In this document: piece after piece, positions 49,404-63,003 of the stretch
How the letters are laid out: each line of letters starts with the position of its first letter
Position numbering within the stretch: the stretch's first letter is position 1
Origin: the human T2T-CHM13v2.0 reference genome, Homo sapiens
NCBI RefSeq assembly: GCF_009914755.1
Contig: NC_060925.1
Reading direction: 5' to 3' (one strand)
Length of the DNA: 64,000 nt
Position numbers and translations under genes: made by a program
Notes under the pieces: model-generated
The model's input: only the letters and a program-made list of their open reading frames with translations
What the model was told of the DNA's origin: nothing
Databases searched by the model: none

Positions 49404-49999
49404 TGAGTGTTTAACTCTCCAAGGAGAATCAACAGGTGGAGACCTGTGGTGGTGGAACTGGGCATGACCCCAGAGTAACTCAGGTTTGATTCACAGTCCT
49501 ACTGCCCATCAAGATAGGTAATGTTGGCCAATTTTTCCACTGTAGGCAATGATATTCTTTCCCACCTTTCCCACTCTGCATCCCACTTTTATGGCATTAT
49601 TGGCACTCTCAAAACAGATCTGAATCATTGCATAGGCTGTTATTGATACAATGGCTATTTCCCTCATAGCCACTTGCCTCACTCCTTACCTAGTCTCCAA
49701 ATGCCAATTCAAATGTTGCCTTATTCATGGTAGGTGTTCAACATATATTTCCATTTAGGAGACATTTGCCACTTTTCTTGGCTGCCCAGAGTCTTAATTC
49801 TCTCATTCCTTCTTTATGTTATTAATCTTAATAGAAGCTAAAGCTATGTACTACTAGAGAAGCTGAAAAGATAGAACAATCTCTTTTCCAGTGTATCTTG
49901 CATCTAGTTTTTGCTGGCCACGTGAATGCACTTGGACTTTATTCGAAGCTAGGGAGGAACTGAGAATACTGAAAATGACTTGTTGATGGTTGTAATCTT

Positions 50000-51290
50000 C
50001 TTCATTTCTGCAACTGATTGCAAGGGCATAGTTATATTATGACCATCATTCCACTGCTAAATTTACATTCCCTTTGCTCTCATTTAGTACCTCAGTTGGT
50101 CATGGTTTTTTATCTGAGTGTGAGACCCTAACCTTCATCCCTAGAGGGTTTAAAGCTTCAGTAGATCTGAATGTATTGGGTTTCTATAATCTTCCATTAA
50201 CTTTGATCATTAGTCATGTTGGTTCAGTGGTATGAGATACACCAATCAGCAGCTGGCAATCTTGACTTCTAGTTCAATGAACCATTGTTGTGTCTCCTGG
50301 AGGAAACATTTTTTCCTTGAAAACTAAGACCTCTAGGCCAGCAGAACTCAAATGTACAAGAATTGGAGTATAATTTTTGTGATAGGGTTATTAGAGTTAA
50401 TCGTGCAGGTAGCTCCTTTTGCTTCTTGGTTCTCACACCCAAGAATTCTGGCTATAGAAAAATGATATCAAATGTGAACTAGTAGTTCAGAACATATATT
50501 GCATCTTGTAGCATAGCATCCCAACTTTGCAAGTATTGTTTTCTAGCAAGCACCATAACTGACTCTTCAATAGGTTATTTTACCATTCTATTAGACTGTC
50601 TGCTTCTGAGTGATAAAGTTCGTGGGAAGATTCATGGTCATGAGGCCACTGTTCCACTTCTTTCATATAAAATGAACTCCTTCATCATAAGCAATGTCGT
50701 GCAGGATTTCATGATGGAGAATAAGGTATTCTGATATCTACTGATGTGGTGTTATAGAAACACTGTGGTCAGGGAAGTCAAATCCATATACATATTGATA
50801 CCTCTTCCAGCAAGGATAAATCATTGCCCCCTATATGATTCAAGGGGTCTGATCAAACCAGAGGCTGAATACCTTCCTTGGAAATGATGCAATACCCTAG
50901 GCTCAGCATTGGTCTGTGCTATTGATGGGTTGGACAGACGCTCACACATGGGTTCAATAACATAGGCTTCTCACCAAAGTTGACCTAATTCCAGCATTGC
51001 TAATGTCCATCCCTGTAGTTATGGCCATCTTGTTCATGAGCCCATTGAGTAAGCATCAAGGTGGCTAGGGAAAGAAACAACCTAGGCACAGGATAGGATA
51101 TCTTGACCATCTGATTATCAAGTGTTCCTTTGTAGTGGATAACATTATTTTGTGAACATCTGCACAGACACAAATAACCTCATGCTCCATGCCCATTCTG
51201 AGAAGTTCACCCCTAGAACTCCTTTATACTTCTCTAATTTTGTTCTTTCCAAGCCCCTGCCCATCTGACCATTTTAACCTTCCCAGGCTT
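50000..51290 (-). mobile_element. ERVL-class internal fossil (integrase and downstream region)
   Basis: Minus translation near 50620-50550 gives LYHSEADSLIEW*NNLLKSQL, resembling the integrase DDE-Glu motif 'HPEAAGLIERWNGLLKTQL'. Confidence 0.65.
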
Positions 51291-53422
51291 CTTCCAAATA
51301 ACAATATAACTACAACTTGGTGGGAGGGGGATTTAATTTGGCTATTCAGATGGCACTTAGTTTAAGACCTAATTAGGTGGAGAACCAGGAGATAAAGAAC
51401 AAACAGGATTGATTCTTTTACTTCTCTCTACTGGCTGAGTTTCCCATCCCAGTATTTGGGTTTTCAGAAAGGGCAGGAGGCCAAGCACATGGAAAGCTCC
51501 AGGCGGCCCAGCAGGAGGAGAGGTGAGTCATTTACTTCTGGAGGAATTAGGTTCGGTAATGTCCCATTAACCTGGCTTCATCAGGAAATGAGCTGTGTCA
51601 CCTAAGTAAATTTTCCAATAACTGAAGCTTACCCTTTCATGTGCCAAAACTTGATTTAATGATTTTGGATGGAAGTCTTTCTAAAACCAATTACATGCTT
51701 CCCTGCCTATTTCAGTGGAAGATCCTGCTCATATTCTAACCTTTTCTTGAGGACATGGGGACCATTAATTTACTAGGTTGTAATTTACAAAAATAAGGCG
51801 CTGTTTGCCCCAATAATGAATTTTTCCATTCTTGCTCTGACTTTTGAGTTCTTCTGCCCACTTTAACAATCTTATTTGTTTTTGACCTCACTTTCTCCTG
51901 CCCTTTGGTGGCTATGTGACAGCCAGATAAGAATGGGCTCTGGAATCAGACCTGAGTTTGAATTCCAGCTCTGCCACTTATGGTCTTAGGGTTCCAGAAT
52001 CCTCATATGCAATAGAAGTGTAAGTAACCTGTCCCTGGTCATGTGTCTAGAAATTCCTACTCCTAAGTATCACTGGGAAGGCCAAATACACAATGAAAAG
52101 GAAGACCCAACAGTATGAAACATGCAACACATTGTAGCTGTTTAATAATAAACATTACTTCCCAACAAGTGGACTTACTTCTCCCTTACTGTTCCAGCCT
52201 GCTACCTTTGATCTTCAGAGGGTCATCTGTGAGTTTCACAGACAAGGTTGCCACTGTCATATTCACCCTATTCCCAGCCACCTGGCATCTAGCACAAAGC
52301 TGGGCACAGAGTAGGGGTTGAGAAAGGTCTTTCTTGTCACCAGGAAGAAGCATGCCAGCTCTTCACAGGAGGCGAAACTTCTTCCAGATTAAGTTCTACA
52401 ATCAGTTTTGCATGTGGAGGTCCTGGGAGATGTAGCAATTCTGCAGACTTTGGAGTTTTAAAACTTTGGAACATGAAAGTCCAAGATCCACTTTGCATTC
52501 CTGACCAAAGCTCTTCTGTGTTTAAGGAGAACTGCAGTGATGCATTTGCGGTTCTCCTTAAATACAAAAAATTTTAGAAGGACTGAAAATTCATCTTAGT
52601 TCAACTTTTGGAGAATAAGATTTTTTTTTTTTTATTAAACTAGTCATAAGCTCTTGGAGCTGCAGAGAAAAAATATGAGATCTTCCCATACTGCTCTTTC
52701 CCTCCTCTCCCCAATATCCTTTTCCTTGGAAGTCCTCTGCCCTTCATGGAATTGGTAAGGCATGAATAGCAAATGGGAAATTAGGAGTGAGGGGCATGCC
52801 AGTCATATTTCTTTTTTAAATTTTAAGTCTTGGAGCCAAGACCAAGGCCACATACTGACTGGGCAGGGTGCACCTCTCACAGCAACTCCTGCCAGGTTCC
52901 TAGAATGTTGATTCATCTTCTTGTGAAATGAAGACCTCTCCAGAGGGAGGAAAAGGGAAGTAAAGAAAGGGGAGGGAATGTCTTTCTATTTCCTAAGCAC
53001 CCAGTATGTGTCAGGCTGTATATGTGTTGTTTTATTTAATGCTGACAATAATCTCAGTTATTGTCCAATTCTTGCAAACTGTAACAGTTGGAAAGTTTGA
53101 ATAATTCGTTCATGTTAGCAGTTGACATATAAAGACTTTTATTTGGCAGGCAACAGAATATAGGGTTGGTATCTTCTATGAGACACTACCTCCCATATCC
53201 TTATCTCTTCCTGTTCCACAGAAGGCTAGAAAACAGGAAAGCAATATGGAAACTCTAATGTAAGTGATTCTTTACATATTCAGTGGAAGTTCAAGCTTGG
53301 TATCCCACCATGGGGGAATGATAGTTGTTTTGTCTTTTCATGTATATAGCACTTTACAGTTTACAAATATCTTGTTTTTCCTTTCCCCCTGTCTCCCTAC
53401 CTCTCTCTTTTCCTTCCTTCCA

Positions 53423-53482
53423 CTGTGTCGTATCTATTATATGACCTCTGTGTTCTGTGTTGTACCTATTATATGACCTCTC
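53423..53482. repeat. 32-bp tandem duplication (2 copies)
   Basis: CTGTGTYGTAYCTATTATATGACCTCT at 53423 and 53455. Confidence 0.85.
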
Positions 53483-54499
53483 TGGCTTCACTTTTATCTT
53501 CAAAATGAGTATAACAATTTGTGCACTATTCATGGGAGGGATTTTAGGAGGCCAAATAGGACATCAAAGCTAGTTCCTCTGTTATATGCTCTTTTAGAAC
53601 CCAGTGCTTAGTAAAAGTGCAATTAAATAACTATTTGTGTAATTATGTGTTTACCCTCTGTCTTTCCTGTAGAGATCTCACAGATCTTGTTTGCCATTGT
53701 ATCTCTAGCATCTGTGTTATTGGCATCTTGGCAGCAGCACTAGGACTTGAATCTGAGTCTAATGACTCCTACTAGGACATGAGTGGAAAGTGGAAACAAT
53801 AAACAGAAACAGCAAATCTAAAACTATATAGAAATGAGAAGAATAACTGAATGGAATTGAGTGATGCCAGTGGAGGGCATGAACCCAAGTTGCAAAGCCA
53901 ACATCAGTGCAGGCTCTGCCATGCTGTCCATAGCAGCTCTGAGAGGTGGGATTGGGAAGTTTGGAAACAGAAATCAGCAGTCAGTAGCTTGCTCGGTCAG
54001 TACAGGGGGAAACAGGGCACATCACCTTTGGAGTCTGGAAGTCACATGCACTATTCCCTCAAGTTTGGTTTAAGCTTCAAGTTTCCCTGGAAGGCTTTCT
54101 ATTTTCATCCATGTGACTGGTAACATTGAGAAACCTTGTTTTGAGGAAATCACTGGTGATCAGCTCTGTCCTTACTTCTTCCTGTCCAAGAAACAGCATG
54201 GGTAAGGCTAACCACGGCCTCTATGGACAGGTAGAGAACCTACCTGCTGGAGGATTTTAAGGAGGCTAGATTGACGGTCTAGGTTCATTTTGCCAACAAA
54301 TCTGGCAAATTCTCTTATGTCTTCGTGGAACATCTATGGAACGTGTTCTAATTTAGTATCTCAACTCTAGTGGGAAATGAGGCTAATTTGGTATGATGTA
54401 CTTTGATTAATCTCTCCTTTCCTATACCACAGACACTGGTTTGATAATCCATTCTTTAAGTATACTGAGGATTGTTCTCAGATAATTCAATAACTAATG

Positions 54500-54950
54500 T
54501 ATATTAAGTATCAGAACCAGGCATTGGGCTGCTCCTGCTATCTAATTCTCCCAAGGATCTTGTGGATGCTGGGTTCCCATTTTAGAGATGAGGAAATAGA
54601 AGCTTAGAAATGTTTTGAGATGTGCCAAGGTCACAGGTGCACCTTCTAGAATTTGATATTTATGTGGGACATACAGACGTGAAGCCTGTCTTCCCAGAGG
54701 AGTGGAGGAATGAGGGAAAGGAGACTAATATTTATGAACAATCATGTGCCAGGCTAAGTAATTGACCAGCTTTATCTCATTTAATGCCCATGGCACACCT
54801 AAGAGGTGGATCTATTACTGTCTCCATTTTAGAGAGGAGGTAACTGAGCACGGAGAGGTGAAGTAACTTACTCAATGTCATGGCACTGGCAAGTGGGGGC
54901 AGGTTGGGAGATCTGGTCCATATACCACAAAGGTCTTCCTTCTGATCACT
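54500..54950 (-). mobile_element. Two MIR SINEs
   Basis: 'cccattttagagatgaggaaatagaagcttaga' and 'ccattttagagaggaggtaactgagcacggagaggtgaagtaactt'. Confidence 0.7.
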
Positions 54951-55849
54951 CCCTCTATAGAGCTGCCTCACGGGAAGTGTGCAGGTGAAGCTGGGGGACA
55001 TCCAAAAGAAGACTGAGGAGGCTTGCAGACCTGGGAGGGGAAGGAGGGTGTGGCAGCCCCAGAACCCTGGGTGTCACTGACCGGTCAGTGTCTGCAAGCT
55101 TCCTTCTATTGTCCCCCTGCTGTTTTAGAGCTTTCAATTTTGTGTTCCTTCCCAGCTAAAAATAAGATTTTGTTTGCACACAGGGCAAAGGCCCTGGGGC
55201 CCTCCTGAGAAAATGTGCAGAGGAAACAGGACATGGGGTGGACAGCAAAGGCAAGAACGTCAACTCCATAGCTGCAAGAGGCTAGAAGCACGGAGCGGGA
55301 AATGGCACTTCCCTTGTGTTTTTATGTTTAGCTGGGGTTTAATTAATAACCGGCAAACAAGTCTATAATTAACTTGACTCCCCTTTTGGCCAGCCAAGGG
55401 AATAATAATCATGTTTTTTTTTTTTTTTAAGTCCTTGGTGTTGCTGGAAAGATGGGAGGGAAATGGGGCTTTAAGTGCTGCTTGCACAATAATGAAAGCT
55501 CTGCGTAGCCCTCACTGCTCCCTCTCCCTTGCAAATTGCATTATTTATACCAGATGTTGCATTAAAAGAAGAATTACTATACTTCAGGGCTTAAATTATA
55601 TATGCCTGATTTATTGCCTTTTTTCAGTTTTAAATGCTACCTTGCAGAACCTTGCTGATAAATGATAGCTTATTATTTTTCAGAGTGCTTGGGCTTATGA
55701 AGATTTTGAGAGAAGGAAGGGGTTAACTCTTTCCAGGCTGGACCATTTCCCTTCATCAGACGTGCACACTTCTGGTTGTTTTTATTTTTAATTGCTGAAG
55801 TGACATGCCAAAATCCTGTCTTGGCTCCTTGTACCTCAACGATACAGCA

Positions 55850-56375
55850 CAAACTTCTCAGTGTGGCATTCAAGACCTGCCTCTGACTTCCCTTTCTAGC
55901 TCCCATTATTTTCTTTTCCACACGCTCTGCTCCTGAGTCCTAAATGATCTGGCCCATGTCTACCCTACCAGCCTCATTTTGTGTCCGTCTGCCACCCCTG
56001 CCTTCTTCTAGCCCTTTGAACATCCAAACTCCTTCCTGCCTTGGGGACTTTGCACATACTGTTCCCTCTGCCTGGAACTCTCTTCTCTCCATCCTTCCTT
56101 TGGCTAAGCATCTTCCTTGTTTCAGCATGAATACCATTTCTTGACCCCTAATATTTATTAGATACTCCTGTCATGGCGCCAAGAACTTTCTCCTTCTAGC
56201 ACTTTCCAGAGTGTATACTAATTTATTTATTTGTATGATTATTTGCCTGGTTCCTCCACTGCACCATGAGCACTGTAAGGCCAAGGACTGACCCTGCTTA
56301 TTCACCAGAGTAATTCTGAGCTGCACGCAGAGCCAGGCATTGAGGCACAGTATTTTCATTGAACAAATGGCTGAG
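55850..56375 (+). mobile_element. L2 LINE 3' region
   Basis: 'ctttgcacatactgttccctctgcctggaactctctt' and the L2 tail. Confidence 0.75.
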
Positions 56376-57109
56376 TGAGCAGCCAAGCTGCTTGGCCTGT
56401 CCATTACACACTGCTCAGCACCCTCCTCTTCATTATTTCTGCCTCTGACTTGGGGAATCTGCTCAAGGGCTTGGGCTGGTCCTTAGACTATGAAGATGAC
56501 TTTGCCAGGCACTGAACTGTAGACAGTGTTCCAGACAGAGGGAACAGCAAAAAGAAGACCCAGAAGTGCTAGAGAACAAGGTGTTTTTGGGACCGTGGTT
56601 CATATAAAGGCTCAGTATAGTTGGAGTAGAGGGTGTAGATAGGCTGCAGAGGGAGAGGAGAGCCTAGGCCTCAGAGGACTTTGCATGTCATGCTGAGGAG
56701 TTGGAGTTGTATTCTGTGGCCTATGGGCAGCAAACAAAGGCTTGGAAGAAGAGAATGCCATGATCATCTCCAGATGCTAGAAGAAAATAATCTGGGCCAA
56801 CACCAGGGTTCATAATCCTGGTTAGATTAAGAAGGAGAGCAATGCTTCAGAAACATACAAACTCAACTCGCTGCCTGCGGAGAAGATGGGGTGCAGTTCC
56901 CAGGACTGGCTTTCCTGGGTACCACACGGACTCCCTGGGAGACACCAACATTTTAAAACCAAGGGTGTCTATTTCTACCAGCTAACATGTACTGGCTCTC
57001 CAGGCATGGATGGAGGTGCTTTTCCCTCATCTCAATTCAGTTTTAATAGGTCCCAGGGGGAGTTGCAGATTCATGAGCGAGGAAGGCAGGCAGAGAGAAA
57101 AGAAGGTAG

Positions 57110-57300
57110 CTTTTGTTGAGGGCCTACTCCGTGAGGAACAAAGCACATGCCTGGAGCAAATACTTTCTCTTTTAATTCTTCCAACAATCCTGAGAAATAG
57201 GTGTTATGACCCCCGTTTTTATAGATGAGAAAATGAGGCTTAGGGTAGCTAGAAAATGTGTCCAGCTAGTGGCTGGCAGAACCTTGGTCTGTTTATTCCC
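57110..57300 (-). mobile_element. MIR SINE
   Basis: 'tttaattcttccaacaatcctgaga...ccccgtttttatagatgagaaaatgaggc'. Confidence 0.7.
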
Positions 57301-58118
57301 ACTCCTGCTGTTGCAACTTTCCCTGGCCTTTTGCTTTACATAGCACCCAGAGTACAGTGATTCTTTGGTATATGTGCTGTTGCTCTAGTAGACCGTCAGT
57401 TCATATAGTGCTCAGTCGGCACTGAGGATTTCTTTTATTAGGTACTCAATACATGTCTGCCAATTGGCCCAGTAGCTTCTAAAATGTACAATTAACCCAT
57501 CAGTCACTAGAGGGCATTATAGATTTATAATGTGGAGTGAAATTAAGAGTTACAGATGATTTCATTCACCCAGCTATTGTTTCCTTCCTTCCTTCTTTCC
57601 TTCCTCCCACCCATCAATCATTCACTTATTGACAAAAAAAATTGCTAAATGCTTTACATGTACTAGGCTTGGGACACTGAGTGAAAAACTGTCAAGTTGC
57701 TCATTGTTTTTGGCACATCATGGAGGGGAAGGCCCCAATAGGGTTAAATCGTAAAAACACATAGCCCTTCACTCAGCCTGGGAGTCAGAGAAGACTTCCT
57801 GAAAAGGCAGTAACTGAGCTGTGTTTAAAAATGGGTTGAAGTTAGCTAAGTGTAGAAGGAGAGACAGAAATGTACTGTAGGCTGAAGGGCTATCACAGGC
57901 AAAGTCCCAGGAAAAGAGAAGTAAAGAGCTCTGGGACTGCAAACAGACTAGAGTGGATAGATGAAGGGTCAGAGATGGGGCCGAAGATGCGGCTGGCAGG
58001 GCCTTGAATGGCAGGCTGGGGACTTTGAACTTGCCCTGAAGTCTTTGGAAGAGTCTGAAATGATTTGAGCTGAAGGTGGGAGAGAAAATGAATTCTTTTC
58101 ACTCTGCGTCTTTGGTTG

Positions 58119-58688
58119 TGTAAAAGAAGAAAATATGACACCCCCAAATATGACCATAGGAGATCAGAATATGCCTCTTTGGCATAAGGATTATTTTGAG
58201 CTGATTGTTTTGCAAAATTGCAGACACACTCTGAAAACAGAGTAGAAGTTACCCCTTTGTAGGGGAAATTTATACCGATAAAGAAAAATCTCTATTTGCA
58301 AAGGTGTCTCCTTCTCTGTACCAGGAGAGAAAGATGCATCTAAACCACTAGAGACTCTTACCAATAGTGAAAGCACTGACTTATAAACCTGCATAACAAA
58401 CCTTAGCAAACCTTACCCTTGCTTACTATGTTTTCCTGGGCATCTCCCCATAACCAGCCTTCCCCCTAGCATTCTTTGTTTCAACAAACCATGGTATTTA
58501 AGCCCACATTCAAAGCCACTTCACTGAGAGTCACTCATTTCTCTGTATCTCTCCCGTGGATACATGAAGCATACATGTTGTCAAACTTCTGTTTGTTTTT
58601 CTCTTGTTAATCTGTTTTTTGTTACAGAGCTCCATTCTAATCAAGAACTATAAAGGGTAAAGAAAAAATTGTTTTTTCTTCCTCTTTA
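58119..58688 (+). mobile_element. ERV1 solo LTR, MER34-group
   Basis: 'ggcataaggattattttgagctga', 'ggtatttaagccc', 'tttctcttgttaatctg'; imperfect 4-bp TSD GTTG/GTTC. Confidence 0.7.
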
Positions 58689-58872
58689 GTTCCAAAGCAG
58701 AAAGTAAAAAAACTGTAGATAAGACCAGCTCAAAGGCTACATTAATCTATCCCAGAGATGATACTGGCCTGAATTAAGTCAGCAGATAAGAGGATGTAGA
58801 GAATTGGATGGAATTAAAAGATTTTAAGGAAGTAGAATGGGCAGATCTTGGTGACAAGTGAGGATGAAGGAG

Positions 58873-59401
58873 AGAAACTGCCTTTGCAAAGATTAGGACA
58901 GCAAGAGAAGTCTAGCATGGCTGATTCCATCTTGCCCCTTGCCTCACAGGCTGGCTGTCCTCACTTATTCCTGAGTGTAGGCCAAGCTAACCATGAAAGG
59001 AATTTAGTTTATAGTTTAACTTTAAAGAGAGGATGATAATAGTCTCTCTCTCAAATTGATCTTCTCCTTGTTCAGGGACTGAAACAGCCTTTGTAAGTAA
59101 TGAAAGGCCACAAAATTAAGATTATAGGAGGGGTGTGAATTCTTCTAAAAATAGATGTAGTTAAACAATAACCAGCCATTGCTCCGTAACTTGTGTTTCT
59201 ATAATCCCTTGTTGCTCAGGAGTCATGTGGCCAGAGGTCACAAGATTTGTGACTTCCCAATTGCTCCTATAAATAACGTCACTATTGGAAAACCTAAGAT
59301 TAGTCTTTTGAGATGTTTTTCAGACTTTTGCATTCTCTCAACTGACTGCCTCCCCCTGGATCCAGGACTCATGATTCAACCCTACCAGAAGGTGGACTCA
59401 G
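58873..59401 (+). mobile_element. ERV1 LTR8-family LTR, 3'-truncated
   Basis: 'gaaactgcctttgcaaagatt...ccatcttgc...ggaatttagtttatagtttaactt...gccagaggtcacaagatttgtgacttccc'. Confidence 0.8.
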
Positions 59402-62251
59402 TTTTTGGTTTGAATGCCTGAGTGGATGGAGGGGACATTCCCTGGAGTGGAGAACATGGAGGAGGAGCAGAGTCTGGAGGAAATGCCAAGTTCAATTTTA
59501 AACATGCTGGATTTGAGCTGCTTCTGGCACATCCAGGTGAAGATGTCCAACAGGCAGCTCCATAGACAGGCTTGGTGCTTAGGAGAGGGCTCTGGGTTGG
59601 AGAGACTGTTGTTGAGTCACAAGCACATGGATGCTTTTTAGAGACATGGATATGGATGTGTCCAAGTAGAATTATTAATAGTTTTTGAGGAAAGAAGAGC
59701 TGGGAGTTGAAGGAAAAACCTTGAGGAGACTTAGCAGTTAAGGATCAAGACCTGAAAAGTTGAGTCTAAAAGGGTGGAAGAAAAGCTCTGTGAGAATAAC
59801 AGCACTGAAATCCAGGGGAGACTGTAGTCAACAGTAGCAAAAGCTGCAGGAAAAATAAGGACTGAGATGTATCTATTAGCTTTAGCAAATAACATTGGTA
59901 AGAGCAGTCTCTAGGAGATGATGGGTATAGAAACCACATTTTAGTGACTTGAGGAGTGATTAAGAGGTGAAGTAATAGCAGTGAATAAAGATGCTATTAC
60001 AGGAATTGTGGGTGTGAAGGAAAGGAGAGAGATTAGGAAGTAAATTTCTAGGAATATGGAATCAATTGAGGGGTTTTAAATTTTCTTAAATTTAATAAAG
60101 AATCTTCACCACATTTATAAAAACACAGTGAGTAAAGAGGAAGAGAGTGAAGATACAAGATGGAGAGCAGATGTAGACAAATTTATGGATGGCAGGTAGA
60201 TTGTGATAAATGGAGATGATATTCACCTGAGAGAGCGGTTTCATCGCAAGACAGTGAAGAAAAAAAAGGATCTAAACCAGAATGGGATGAGATAATTCCC
60301 TTAGCCACACCTGTATGAGCTGAAAATTAGTCTTGGAATTCTGCTGCAAGTCTTTGTAGTTTGTTTTGTCTGCTCATCAGTCCATTCATCTAGTTCCAAT
60401 CCACCCACGCACTGGGATCTACTCATTCACTGGTCTGTCTGTGATCCATCCAACTTGGCAGAGCCAGTCCCCATCCTCATGTGTGGGATTAGCATTCTCA
60501 GTGTATTACTTTTGTTCTGTTTATAAAATCTCCAGATAAAAATCCTTTCCAGGTATTGCTAGGTATTGAATAAATGAATACATCAATAAATGCAGGAATA
60601 AATACTCACTTCAGATCTCTTTCATCCCACCATTTGGCCAAAATTTACTTAGCAACTACTATGTGCGAGGCACTGTACAGGTGCTAGGTCCACAATGATG
60701 ACCTAAATGGGGTTCATAGAACTTGTTGTCTGGTCAGGAATAAAGATATGAAAATAGGTGATTGCAATACAAAATGCTAAATGTTGTGATTGGATCCTGG
60801 AAAGTCGGGGCTGGAGATGGCATCCTGAAATGTACAACTAGCCAGAACCCTGAGCTCTCCAGGTTAATCCAAATTGACTATTCCAATCTGGAATGATGTT
60901 TTATGAATGGGAAAACCAGAATATTTCTTTCAGAATATGCTACACTTAGGAGTGTATGAATAAAAGAATCAATAAATTAATAGATGATTTCTTTCATCCT
61001 ATTAAGAATATTTACAGTTGTCTGTCTTTGAACTCTTACTTCCCAGAAAGTTTCAACTTCAGTAAACAGCAGCCCAGTGTCAGGGAGTTTTGTAAATAGT
61101 GAAATTTTCTTGTAGATGCTCTAATTCCAGCCGGTCCTTTTCCAACATCAGTACTTTTCCTGGGGAAAAACTACATGTGTCTGACTGTAATAAGTACTTA
61201 AGGCAAGGCACTTAACCTTCCAGTGGGGTTGGGGGGCCATTTTCAGTTGAAGAAGTTAGGTCTCCTTTGTGCCAGCAGTCATGTAATTGACCTGGAGTCT
61301 TGTGTGAGTTCTAATAAAATGATTGTCGGTAGAAGATGGTTCTGCTCGGAATCATGGAATTGACTGGCATAGAATAACAGTTCCGGTTCCCCCCTTCCCT
61401 GTGTTTTGACCAGGCCACCCAGAAACAAATTCCCAGCAGAGACTATTCTTCTACTTTTGCAAATCTCCCAAAGAAGAAGCATCTACAGCTTTCTCACACT
61501 TCCATTATGTTGATTAAAAATTATAAAAGTGAGAAAATGCTCTGTTATAGAAATGGGACTGATTAATGTCTTCGGGACCTGAAAATGAAGCAGTTGATAA
61601 TAAAAATGAAAATAATATTGGTTGTTGTTCATGGTGTCTACTGGGTGTCAATCTGGTAGAGAGACAGAGTGTTTGCATCCCTGTCTAGAGAAGTGAAGAG
61701 AAGAGAGGGGACACTGCTGAGTGGAGTTCAGAGATAGAACCAGCCAGGCTTGTGTCTCGAGCTTGGCCACCAGGAGCTGGAGAAGCCACTTTGAAATGCT
61801 CTGATAAGTCTCTATCATTCACCATGGGCTGAGAGGGGCCATTCTTTTTACTTAGTATGGAGAAAAAAAATGAACAACCAAGAGTTATCAAACAATCAAC
61901 TAATATAAAAGTCTTCTAAAGATCTAGCAGCTGCTGTTGGCCAGGAGAATTAGAAAGTTAGAGTGAAAAAAATCACCCAAAAGAATCTTGAGGATAATTA
62001 TATCTTTTTAAAAAAATTAAGTAGTGAGTTGTATGGTTCAGAACCAGGGCACTAATGACATTTGGAAGAGGTGAGGCTTAGTGCATCATAATATGCTCAT
62101 GAAAGGCTTTTGGAAAGGGAGGGAGCTTGCATTGGGTTTTCAAAAATGGGTTGGATGTTTTGAAAGCCTCTTGGCTATTCTTGAGCCCTATCACTACTTC
62201 CTCTTCTTTCTTACTGTTATACCATATACCTTGATCACACTGAAGGCCCAG

Positions 62252-63003
62252 GCAGAGACTGAAATCTTAAACATTTCCCAATACTGCCTCCTATAGAATC
62301 AAAATGGTATTTATTTCTCACAGGCTAGCTCTGGGTATGCAAAGACGGATGAGATGGAGTGCCTGGAATGTGTCAAGCTCTCACAGGTGGTATAGGAGGA
62401 AGGGCCTCCATGACCTTGCCCGTGCTGTTTTTTTTTTGTTTTTGTTTTTTCCTGGAATGCCTTTCTTCCCTCTGCATGAAGGACTCTGATTTATCTTTCA
62501 AAGTCCAACTCAAACACCCACTTTTTTGGGGAGTCCTCCTTCAACTGTGTATGGTGAACTGCTTTCTTCTATTAGAATTTCTACTACATTATAGAATTTC
62601 TGTTCGTTTATAGAAATCATGATTACTAATAAGTAAAGTCATATAATCATAATCATAACAATCATAATAATTTTTCAAGCACTTATTTGCTAAGGTCTTT
62701 TTATGCATTACCTTATTTAATTCTCACAAGACTGCAATGAAGTAAATTCTACTACCAGGATGTCCCTTTTATAGATGCAGAAAAAGAGACTTAGAAAATT
62801 GCTCCATTGGTAAGTAAGTAGTTGGATGAGGATACAAGCCCAGGTTGGTTTGATGCAGAGTCTGAAATCTTAAACATTCCCTAGCACTGCCTCCTATAGA
62901 ATCATACTGGCATTTATTTCTTACAGGTTAGCTCTGGGGATACAGAGATGGATGACAGGGAGTGCCTGGAATGCATCAAGTGCTCATAACTGGTGCAGGA
63001 AGA
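62252..63003. repeat. ~150-bp direct repeat pair (62252-62400 and 62855-63003)
   Basis: Ungapped manual alignment, about 26 mismatches in 149 bp. Confidence 0.85.
62660..62885 (-). mobile_element. MIR SINE
   Basis: 'atgcattaccttatttaattctcacaag...ttttatagatgcagaaaaagagacttaga'. Confidence 0.7.

Larger units (their letters stand above)
57610..60060 (-). mobile_element. Long L2 LINE remnant interrupted by two ERV1 LTRs
   Basis: Reverse L2 motifs 'tcattcacttattgac', 'gacttcctgaaaagg', 'ggcacatccaggtgaagatgtccaacaggcagc'. Confidence 0.65.
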
